Source: Methanopyrus kandleri AV19 (lineage in GTDB: Archaea; JAADCQ01; Methanopyri; Methanopyrales; Methanopyraceae). Taken from it: 32,000 nucleotides of DNA. How positions within the stretch are numbered: the stretch's first letter is position 1; each line of letters opens with the position of its first letter. The stretch is taken from assembly GCF_000007185.1 (NCBI RefSeq), contig NC_003551.1:810001-842000 (forward strand). The letters run 5' to 3'. Made by a program: the position numbers and the translations under genes. The notes under the pieces were generated by a model that was given only the letters and a program-made list of their open reading frames with translations, did no database searches and was not told the origin of the DNA. Of this stretch, positions 7,961-15,390 are shown piece after piece.

Positions 7961-8197
7961 ATGGCGAGGAAAGCTAGAGTGACGCTCACACTCTCCGAGG
8001 ACGCCTTGGCCCGGGTCCTAGCGACCAAAGACGCCCTCGAGGGAGACAGTATCTCGGCTACCGTCGGTAAGTTGGTGAAGTTCGGGTTCGCGTACCTCAG
8101 GGAGAAGTTCCCCGAACTGTTCGAGGGTATAAATCTCGAGGAGTACCGTGAGAAGGCGCGTGAGCGCTGGTTCGATTCCGGATCCTCTCGGTCATAG
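7961..8197 (+). CDS. Ribbon-helix-helix (CopG/Arc/MetJ-like) DNA-binding protein
   Basis: 78 aa with an ATG 6 nt after AGGGGGA. ARVTLTLSEDALARVLATKDALEGDSISATVGKLVKFGFAYL fits the strand-helix-loop-helix RHH pattern. Confidence 0.6.
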   Translation: MARKARVTLTLSEDALARVLATKDALEGDSISATVGKLVKFGFAYLREKFPELFEGINLEEYREKARERWFDSGSSRS

Positions 8198-8205
8198 TTT
8201 TTAAA
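8198..8205 (+). promoter_or_regulatory. Candidate TATA box (TTTTTAAA) for argJ
   Basis: TTTTTAAA lies 32-39 nt upstream of TTG 8237. There is no obvious SD, which is compatible with a very short leader. Confidence 0.35.
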
Positions 8206-8236
8206 CTCGGGTCAGGGGCCCCTCCAGGGAACCGCG

Positions 8237-9400
8237 TTGCGGGCACCTGAAGGCTTCCTTCTAGGTGGCATCAAACGCGAAGGTATAGGAGTCGGGTTGA
8301 TCTTCTCGGAGCGTCGATGTGCCGTGGCGGGCACTTTCACCGAGAACACCCTCCGCGCCGCTCCGGTGGAGCACTCCGAGGAAGTGTGCGATCGAGGTGT
8401 CGCCCGCGGAGTGATAGTGAACAGTGGTCACGCCAACGCGATGACGGGTGAGGAGGGGTATCAGGACGTACTGCGCACGGCGGAAGCGATCGCTGAGCTA
8501 ATGGGGGCTCCGGAGGACGAGATAGTGGTGTGTTCTACGGGCGTGATCGGTGAGCGTCCTCCTGTCGACAAGATCGTGAGGTACGCGCGCGAAGTTTGGG
8601 AGGATATAGGACCCACCGAACGGCACGTTCGGGAGTTTAGTCGGGCTATCATGACCACCGATACCGAGGAGAAAATAGCTTTGTACGAAGGCGATGGCTG
8701 GTCACTTCTCGGAATCGCGAAGGGTGCGGGTATGATACATCCGAACATGTCCACTATGCTCGCGTTCTTGCTCACCGATGTAGGAGCGAAACCGAAAGAG
8801 CTTCAGATGTGGCTACGCGATGTCGTGAACGACACGTTCAACATGATAACGGTAGATGGGGATGAAAGCACTAACGATTCCGTGGTGCTGCTGGCGAACG
8901 GCAGCTCGAACCTCAAAGTCGGCAGCGATGTTACCATCACGGAGTTCCAGCGCGCCCTGGAAGAGGTCTGTACGGAGCTCGCTGAGAAGATCGTACGAGA
9001 CGGTGAAGGAGCGACGAAGCTCATGATAGTGTGTGTACACGGTGCGAGTAATGAAGTAGAAGCTCGGCGTGCGGCCCGTGCGATAGCGTCCTCAAACCTG
9101 GTGAAGGCGGCGCTGTTCGGCGAGAATCCGAACTGGGGCCGGATCGGAGCCGCTGTCGGGGCCGCACGCGTCGATGTTGATCCGGACGAGTTACGGATAG
9201 CTTTCCGCAGCTCAGAGGGCGAGATAGTGACCTACGAAGGAGGTCCAGTGGACTTCGACGAAGAGAAGGCTAAGCGCGTTCTCTCCGCGAGTGAAGTCGA
9301 GATTGTGGTGGACTTAGGCGTAGGTGACGCGTCCGCCCGCGCGTGGGGGTGCGACTTAACGTACGAGTACGTACGGATCAACGCGGAGTACAGGACTTGA
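8237..9400 (+). CDS. argJ: Bifunctional glutamate N-acetyltransferase / amino-acid acetyltransferase (ornithine acetyltransferase)
   Basis: 387 aa. It begins with the APEGFLLGGIKREG N-terminus. The self-cleavage region is GMIHPNMSTMLAFLLTD. Further blocks are ITVDGDESTNDS, NPNWGRI and a C-terminal YVRINAEYRT. Confidence 0.95.
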   Translation: MRAPEGFLLGGIKREGIGVGLIFSERRCAVAGTFTENTLRAAPVEHSEEVCDRGVARGVIVNSGHANAMTGEEGYQDVLRTAEAIAELMGAPEDEIVVCSTGVIGERPPVDKIVRYAREVWEDIGPTERHVREFSRAIMTTDTEEKIALYEGDGWSLLGIAKGAGMIHPNMSTMLAFLLTDVGAKPKELQMWLRDVVNDTFNMITVDGDESTNDSVVLLANGSSNLKVGSDVTITEFQRALEEVCTELAEKIVRDGEGATKLMIVCVHGASNEVEARRAARAIASSNLVKAALFGENPNWGRIGAAVGAARVDVDPDELRIAFRSSEGEIVTYEGGPVDFDEEKAKRVLSASEVEIVVDLGVGDASARAWGCDLTYEYVRINAEYRT

Positions 9401-9519
9401 CCCTCCCCGCCTTAAAGGATGATTCGGGGCGTCGGCCCTCTGTTCAGTCACATCTTTCACTGGGCGGGCAGTCGAGCCGTTCAGAATGCATTTCGGGAGC
9501 AAATAGCGGGTGGGTTCGG

Positions 9520-9546
9520 GGCGATTTCTACGGATCGCCGATCGCC
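9520..9546. promoter_or_regulatory. Inverted repeat GGCGAT-N8-ATCGCC with tandem GATCGCC GATCGCC; candidate operator or hairpin
   Basis: GGCGAT (9520-9525) can pair with ATCGCC at 9534-9539 or with the second copy at 9541-9546. It lies ~15 nt upstream of the AATAAAAA element. Confidence 0.3.
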
Positions 9547-9560
9547 CGTGGTAACCCAAG

Positions 9561-9568
9561 AATAAAAA
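9561..9568 (+). promoter_or_regulatory. Candidate TATA box (AATAAAAA)
   Basis: This is the only strongly AT-rich octamer in the 187-nt argJ-downstream spacer. It lies 20-56 nt upstream of the candidate starts at 9588, 9609 and 9624. Confidence 0.35.
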
Positions 9569-9587
9569 CTCTCCCATCCTTTCAACC

Positions 9588-10862
9588 TTGGAGGATGAGG
9601 CTAGCAGCGTGAGGGGGCCTCACTTGACCGACAGGGAGGAAGTGGTAGAACTCCGCGGTCATATTATCGACTCACTCATTTTCTCCCGGGTACTGGACAC
9701 TATCATGGAGATGGGCGGAGATTTTGAAATATTGGAATTCAAGGTAGGGAAGCGTAAAACGGACCCTAGTTTCGCGAAGATCCTCGTCAAGGGGAAGGAT
9801 CCTGAGCATCTTAGAGAGATAGTCTCCGAACTACGCAAGTACGGGGCGGTCCCCGTTCACACGCAGGAAGTCCGACTGGAGCCGGCTCCGGCGGACGGCG
9901 TCTGTCCCCGGGGCTTCTACACAACTACGAACCACCGAACGTTCGTACTTTTCGACGGCGAGTGGATCGAGGTCGAGGACATAGAGATGGACTGCGCGAT
10001 CGTGGTTTACCCGGAGGAACGCAGGGCAGTGGCTAAACCCATCCGAGAGGTTCGTGAGGGAGAGTTGGTGGTAGTGGGAGACAGAGGAGTGCGCGTGAAG
10101 CCCCCCGAGAGACCCCGCGGTAGGACTGGAATCTTCGGCTTCATGGAGAGCGAAGTCTCACCTGAAAAGCCCACACCAACGCTGATCCGAAGAATAGCTG
10201 AAGAACTAGAGTGGCACCGAAAGAACGGTAAAATCGTGGTAGTCGTTGGCCCTGCCGTGATTCACGCTGGAGCCCGTGATGATCTGGCATGGATGATCAG
10301 AGAGGGGTACGTAGACGTACTCTTCGCGGGTAATGCCGTGGCTACGCACGACGTTGAAGCTAGTTTATTCGGGACGTCACTCGGTGTGGATTTGGAGACG
10401 GGTGAGCCAGTAAAAGGAGGACACAGCCACCACCTTTACGCCATCAACGAGATCCGGCGAGTGGGCGGGTTACGCGAAGCCGTCGAGAAAGGAATCCTGA
10501 AAGATGGGATAATGTACGAGTGCATCGTCAACGATGTTCCGTACGTGTTGGCAGGCTCGATACGTGATGATGGTCCTATCCCGGACGTAATCACCGACGT
10601 CATGGAAGCCCAAGCGGAGATGCGACGTCATCTCAAGGGGGCCACCCTAGTGCTGATGATGGCGACGATGCTTCACTCGATCGCCACCGGCAACCTCTTG
10701 CCTTCCTGGGTCAAGACTATCTGCGTAGATATCAACCCGGCGGTAGTTACGAAGTTGATGGATCGAGGGACCGCCCAGGCTCTGGGAATAGTGTCCGACG
10801 TCGGTGTATTCCTACCGGAACTCGTGAAGGAGCTCAAGAGGGTCCGCGACGACGAGGCTTAG
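9588..10862 (+). CDS. TIGR00300 / LOR-SDH-like family protein (possible ornithine cyclodeaminase-type enzyme)
   Basis: The N-terminal block VELRGHIIDSLIFSRVLDTIMEMGGDFEILEFKVG is followed by a Rossmann-like part (KIVVVVGPAVIHAGA...VLFAGNAVATHD...GGHSHHL...VLAGSIRDDGP). The start is uncertain. TTG 9588 is the ORF-track start. GTG 9609 or TTG 9624 (MTDREEVVELRGH) fit the TATA position better. Confidence 0.8.
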   Translation: MEDEASSVRGPHLTDREEVVELRGHIIDSLIFSRVLDTIMEMGGDFEILEFKVGKRKTDPSFAKILVKGKDPEHLREIVSELRKYGAVPVHTQEVRLEPAPADGVCPRGFYTTTNHRTFVLFDGEWIEVEDIEMDCAIVVYPEERRAVAKPIREVREGELVVVGDRGVRVKPPERPRGRTGIFGFMESEVSPEKPTPTLIRRIAEELEWHRKNGKIVVVVGPAVIHAGARDDLAWMIREGYVDVLFAGNAVATHDVEASLFGTSLGVDLETGEPVKGGHSHHLYAINEIRRVGGLREAVEKGILKDGIMYECIVNDVPYVLAGSIRDDGPIPDVITDVMEAQAEMRRHLKGATLVLMMATMLHSIATGNLLPSWVKTICVDINPAVVTKLMDRGTAQALGIVSDVGVFLPELVKELKRVRDDEA

Positions 10863-11058
10863 TCCACTCTTCCACCCTGCGCTCGATGAGTTCTTCCATC
10901 ACCTTTTTAGCCTCTTCCAGCGCATCCTTCGTCCCCCTGAAGGCTAGGACCGTTGTCTTCGTCCCGCCCCGTTCAATCTCCCGTTGCACGACTTTTACGT
11001 CGCACCTTCGTTCCACCTCGGCGATCACGTCCGCGGGGACGCCCAGTGGTATTATCAT
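10834..11058 (-). CDS. Small hypothetical protein (alpha/beta, KH-like pattern without GXXG)
   Basis: The ORF is open to 11205, but the upstream part looks non-coding. ATG 11058 gives the 74-aa protein MIIPLGVPADVIAEVERRCDVKVVQREIERGGTKTTVLAFRGTKDALEEAKKVMEELIERR... Its 3' end overlaps the convergent gene by 29 nt. Confidence 0.4.
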   Translation of the reverse strand: MIIPLGVPADVIAEVERRCDVKVVQREIERGGTKTTVLAFRGTKDALEEAKKVMEELIERRVEEWTKPRRRGPS

Positions 11059-11116
11059 ATCATACTTCTTGGTATCTCGTTCGGACACCTTCGACACCCC
11101 CAGAGGGGGATGACCG

Positions 11117-12100
11117 TTGTCGGAAAAAAGTAGCCGGAAGGAGCGAGATGAGAAGACGGAGAAAGAGACCGCCAGACAGGGAAAGCACCGCCGCATCAGG
11201 GTCAAGTCTAGGCACTACGAAATGCCGTTTTCCCGAGGCGTTCTCGCCAGATCCCTCACAGCGATCGGCGTCGAGCCTCACAAAGCGTACGAGATTGCAC
11301 TCAAGATCAAAGAAGAGCTGCAAGATGAAGGTATAGAGGAAATTAGCACTGATGAATTGGCGGATATAATCCGGACTAAACTTGAGGAAATCGATGAGAC
11401 ACTAGCGGAACGATATGAGCTATGGAGGAGGATTAAGAAGCGCGAGGAGCCGATAATAGTCTTAATTGGAGGAGCTTCTGGTGTCGGTACATCTACGATA
11501 GCCTCTGAGGTAGGACACAGGCTCGGTATTACGAACGTCATCGGTACCGACGCTATTAGAGAAGTAATGCGCAGAGTTTTAGCCGAGGAGTTGTATCCGA
11601 CTCTCTATGAGTCTTCGTACACAGCTTGGAAGCGATTGCGCTATGAACCCGCCGAAGACCCTGTGATTACTGGGTTTCTTGACCACTCTGAACCAGTGGT
11701 GGTCGGTATTGAGGGAGTTGTGAATCGATCGATCAATGAAGGTATCCACGTGATCGTAGAGGGCGTTCATATCGTTCCACGATTGATTAAGAAGGAGATT
11801 CTCAACTACCCAAACGTGTTCGTGTTCATGCTCGCTGTAGAGGACGAAGAGGCGCATAAGTGGCGCTTCTACGCCAGGTCCAGGGATACCAAACTCTCAC
11901 GACCCGCCGAGCGGTACTTGAAGTACTTCGAGGAGATCCGTAGAATCCACGACTTCCTCGTGGAGGACGCCGAAGAACACGATATCCCGGTGATCAACAA
12001 CGAACATATCGATGAAACGGTGGACCAGATCGTGAGCTACATATCCTCTAAACTCCTGAAGGGTGAGAGAGAGCTATCCAAGAGCGTCTCCTGGTGGTGA
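11117..12100 (+). CDS. pgk2: 2-phosphoglycerate kinase (ATP-cone + P-loop kinase)
   Basis: The ATP-cone-like N-terminus is IRVKSRHYEMPFSRGVLARSLTAIGVEPHKAYEIALKIKEEL. The kinase core is IIVLIGGASGVGTSTIASEVGHRLGITNVIGTDAIREVMR...YESSYTAW. Note that the Walker A reads GVGTST, not GK[ST]. Confidence 0.82.
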   Translation: MSEKSSRKERDEKTEKETARQGKHRRIRVKSRHYEMPFSRGVLARSLTAIGVEPHKAYEIALKIKEELQDEGIEEISTDELADIIRTKLEEIDETLAERYELWRRIKKREEPIIVLIGGASGVGTSTIASEVGHRLGITNVIGTDAIREVMRRVLAEELYPTLYESSYTAWKRLRYEPAEDPVITGFLDHSEPVVVGIEGVVNRSINEGIHVIVEGVHIVPRLIKKEILNYPNVFVFMLAVEDEEAHKWRFYARSRDTKLSRPAERYLKYFEEIRRIHDFLVEDAEEHDIPVINNEHIDETVDQIVSYISSKLLKGERELSKSVSWW

Positions 12101-12106
12101 TGTATC

Positions 12107-12523
12107 TTGACGTTCCGCGAGAAGTTACGCGGTTGTAAGGTCGAGGAACTGATGACCAAAGACCCTATCACCGCGTCTCCTCAAGTTGGAGTGATAGAAG
12201 CGTTCGAGATCATGCTCAAGCATGATGTTGGAGCACTGCCGGTAGTGGACGATGAGGGGAGACTTATAGGGCTCGTAACCCGAACCGACCTCGGGCGCGC
12301 ACTACTCGAAGACGAGTACGAGCCCGGAACCACCGTCGAAGAGGTGATGGAAAGGGACGTGGTAGTAGTTCACCCGGATGACACCTTACTCGAGGCCTTG
12401 AAACGCATGACCTCCGCCCCTGAGGGTATCTATAACCAGCTTCCCGTAGTCGACGATGAAGAGAAGCTGGTGGGAATACTGACGGACGGGGACATCCTTC
12501 GGTGGATAGCGAAGAAACTGTGA
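12107..12523 (+). CDS. CBS-domain pair protein
   Basis: 138 aa with two CBS repeats (VEELMTKDPITA...GALPVVDDEGRLIGLVTRTDL and VEEVMERDVVVV...QLPVVDDEEKLVGILTDGDIL). It starts 7 nt after pgk2. Confidence 0.9.
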   Translation: MTFREKLRGCKVEELMTKDPITASPQVGVIEAFEIMLKHDVGALPVVDDEGRLIGLVTRTDLGRALLEDEYEPGTTVEEVMERDVVVVHPDDTLLEALKRMTSAPEGIYNQLPVVDDEEKLVGILTDGDILRWIAKKL

Positions 12524-12750
12524 GGGTCAGAGCGCGGGAAGCGCCGGAGGAATTACTTTCGCTGTTACGTAAGCTCGGGCTCTCAATCGCCCGGACCAAG
12601 AGCGGCTACGAGGTTAGGGGCCCCAAATCTCGGTTTCTGAGGGCCCTTCAACATATACCGCCCAAGATGGCTATTCTGGCCCGCGAGACCGTCGAAGAAT
12701 TAAGACGGGCAGTCGGGGTGGAAAGGCCCAGGTTATCCTATCGCCGTTAG
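12520..12750 (+). CDS. Small hypothetical protein
   Basis: The ORF track gives 12502..12750. GTG 12520 forms a GTGA overlap with the CBS gene stop. No family recognised. Its stop overlaps the convergent gene stop (TTAG). Confidence 0.4.
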   Translation: MRVRAREAPEELLSLLRKLGLSIARTKSGYEVRGPKSRFLRALQHIPPKMAILARETVEELRRAVGVERPRLSYRR

Positions 12751-13631
12751 AACACTATGTACTTGCCACGCAGTATATCTCGGTCTACCACGTATATGCG
12801 CTGCTTACCGCCTGAGTTTGATATCCATAGTGCCAAGGTTAAATGTTTAGATTTTGCATGTTCTGGTAATACCAGCACCATGGCCATTCTATCTCCGAAG
12901 TTTACGGTTCGATCGCCAACTTTCTCCTTCCCGGGTCCTAGAAGGGTTAGCTTTGCGGTTCCTAGTCGGGCAATCAACTGCTCGATTACGAGGCAACCTC
13001 TGGCACCCGTGGAGTGTAAGGCGCGCTCGATGCGTTCTTCTATGAGCGTATGTTTGCCATCACTTACGTTGCACAGTACCTCTCCGACAACTGCGTTGTA
13101 ACGCACTTTCAGCTTCGGTCCATCCATCAACCGATTACCAAGCTCACGGCGTATCGCCCGCTTGATGGCGTTAACGTCGGGCTTTCCGTCGTACGATGCT
13201 TGGAACACGAACTTGGACCCTTTAATCACGGTACCCCTGGCGTCCAGTACCTTATCCTTCAACCGCTCCTCGATTCGTTTTTTCACGTCTTCCGGGTCCG
13301 CAGTCAACGGGACTAGAGCGTCCACGACGAAGACCGTGTATCCCTTGATCTTGACTTTCCTGACGTCTACGTTCTCCACACCACCCGCACTGCTTACGGC
13401 ACTCTTCACGTCGGATGTCTTAACACCGGGCTTGGGCACGGCTAGGTATCGGACGACCGACACCTGGTAATCCTTCACTATGCTCGCATCGACCGTCCCT
13501 TCGGCCGCCGCTACGGCACTCTGTCCCCCCATCATGAAGGAGGGAATCGCGGATAGCACCATCATGGCTGCGAGAAAGATTATTCCGGCGGTGACGATGG
13601 ATTTTCGGTGTCTTCGAATCCAGCCGAACAA
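12747..13631 (-). CDS. Signal-anchored/secreted hypothetical protein
   Basis: 294 aa with a TTG start 3 nt after the CYTH stop and a GGGGGAGTGA SD. The N-terminus is a basic stretch followed by TM SIVTAGIIFLAAMMVLSAIPSF. No family recognised. Confidence 0.6.
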   Translation of the reverse strand: MFGWIRRHRKSIVTAGIIFLAAMMVLSAIPSFMMGGQSAVAAAEGTVDASIVKDYQVSVVRYLAVPKPGVKTSDVKSAVSSAGGVENVDVRKVKIKGYTVFVVDALVPLTADPEDVKKRIEERLKDKVLDARGTVIKGSKFVFQASYDGKPDVNAIKRAIRRELGNRLMDGPKLKVRYNAVVGEVLCNVSDGKHTLIEERIERALHSTGARGCLVIEQLIARLGTAKLTLLGPGKEKVGDRTVNFGDRMAMVLVLPEHAKSKHLTLALWISNSGGKQRIYVVDRDILRGKYIVF

Positions 13632-13634
13632 CGA

Positions 13635-14180
13635 TCACTCCCCCTGGTCGAGCAGCATCTCCAAGTACGAGTGACGTACTCGCTTACCCTCGACTCTCAG
13701 CTCCTCCAAGATACTTACCAGCAGCTTCTCTTTCTCATCGACCTCCGACTCATCGTCCGCCTTACACTCCAGCTCGAGAAACGTGCCGAGACCCTCCACC
13801 TCATCCAGCGCCGCTACAACTTTTTCTCCGTTCACTTCGAGCGTGTAGACCGTCCTAAGCTTCTTTACTTCCGCGTGCTCTAGCGGCTCGAACCCTAGGT
13901 GGCGCAGGATGGCGTCGGTTGTCTCGAAATCGTCGACTACCACTTCTAACTCCACCCGTGACTTCTCGCGCCCTACCTTCGGTCCCTTGTAAGTTAGTGC
14001 GACTTTATCGTCGGAGCAGCGCAGTCGAAGTGCTTCGTCCGTCTCCGCGAAGTCACGGCAAGGATGCTGGTAATACAGGTCCCGCTGTCGGACGGTCCTT
14101 ACCTTCTCTCCGAGCTCCTCCAAGCGCTTCCGCACGTCTTCGGGGTTCTTCAGCTTGACCTTAACCTCTACCTCGTACAC
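13635..14180 (-). CDS. CYTH-domain protein (class IV adenylate cyclase / triphosphate tunnel metalloenzyme family)
   Basis: 181 aa. It has the N-terminal EVEVK (ExExK) signature and the internal blocks ALRLR, LTYKG and VELEVVV, ending in FLELE. The GTG start is 6 nt after an AGGAGGTGA that overlaps the ClC stop. Confidence 0.85.
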   Translation of the reverse strand: MYEVEVKVKLKNPEDVRKRLEELGEKVRTVRQRDLYYQHPCRDFAETDEALRLRCSDDKVALTYKGPKVGREKSRVELEVVVDDFETTDAILRHLGFEPLEHAEVKKLRTVYTLEVNGEKVVAALDEVEGLGTFLELECKADDESEVDEKEKLLVSILEELRVEGKRVRHSYLEMLLDQGE

Positions 14181-14186
14181 ACCGGA

Positions 14187-15364
14187 TCACCTCCTCTTCA
14201 GTTCGATGACTACCTCGGGTTTCAAGAGCTGATACCCCAGGATCGCTCCCAAAGCGGCCGGGACGGCGCAGTCGATGCCGAACAGCTCGATGACCAGCAC
14301 AGCGGACGAGATCGGAGCGTTGAACGTCGCAGCCAAGAACGCAGCGATAGCCGTCGCGGTTCCGGCCGGAGCGGACGGGCCCAACGTTTGACCCAGAAAA
14401 GACCCAAAAACGCGCCCACGCACACTGTCGGTGAAACCAAGCCCGCGGGTGTTTCACTACCGACTGTTAGCGCGGTGGCTACCATTTTGCCCAGGAACGA
14501 TAGTAGCGCTTCTTCGGCTCCGATGCGGCCTAAGGCGGCCTTCGAGGCGTAGTCCAACCCCAATCCTACGGCTGTCGGAATAGCGATGCCTACCGACGCT
14601 ACCCCGAGTCCTGCTAGGAGAGAACGTACGGGTTGACTAGGTACGGATTCGACGAACAGACGACGGGCTTCCTTGACGCACCGGCTGTACACGTATGCGA
14701 GTAACGTCGCCACTACGGCGATCACCAGGAGTTCCGGCAGGTGCTGTGGGCTGTAGTGATAAGGGGCGTTCCTCACGAGCAAGTAGCGCTTTCCTAAGGT
14801 CGAAACGTACACGGAGTATCCGGCAAGACTGGCTATCGTGCTGGGAAAAAGTACGACGTAGCGGGACCTCACGCGAAGGACCTCGATGGCGAACAGGGCC
14901 GCCGCCAGCGGTGCGCACAGAACCCCGGCCACGCCTCCCGAAATTACCCCCAGCACGGCCCATTTTCTTTCCATCTCCGACATTCCCAGCTTCGAAGCTA
15001 CGTAGCCCCCTACGGACGCGCACGCCTGGGCACAAGGTCCTACTTGACCGCCACTACCTCCCCCGCCGATGACGAGACCCGCGAGTACCAACTTCGCCAT
15101 CCCTCTGATGGGATTCGCGGGCTCGTTTGGGAACCCCCGGACGATGATCTCCATCCCGGTCCCTCGGAGCTCGGGATGTAGTGCCGCTAGGCTGCCGGCC
15201 AGCAGCATGAACGCCGGGATAACTAACGGCTCGTTCCCGACGGCCTTCTCCACCGTGCTTATAATTGAGGAGATGGCGACAGCACACGCTCCGCCGACAA
15301 CGCCCAACGCCGCGGCCAAAACCGTCCACCGGGCGACGTGAATCAACGCCCCCGTCGACGGCAA
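14187..15364 (-). pseudogene. ClC-family chloride channel, reading frame interrupted by an apparent 1-nt deletion
   Basis: ClC-like motifs are RGTGMEII, GGGGSGGQVGPCAQ, APLAAALFAIEVL and GSETPAGLVSPTVCVGAFLG in the 14222..15631 frame. The family-typical C-terminus (SFLGQTLGPSAPAGTATAIAAFLAATFNAPISSAVLVIELFG) continues in the 14187..14423 frame. The switch point is at the A5/A4 runs at 14397-14410. The preferred start is TTG 15364, after GGAGGTGGAG. Confidence 0.75.
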
Positions 15365-15390
15365 CTCTCCACCTCCGGGGGTTCTCGGCG

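Noticed and set aside
9415-9490. Possible C/D-box sRNA (GGATGATT on plus; GATGTGACTGA and CTGA on minus)
   Set aside because: The boxes are imperfect, and there is no proper C...D spacing or terminal stem. The evidence is insufficient without a covariance search.
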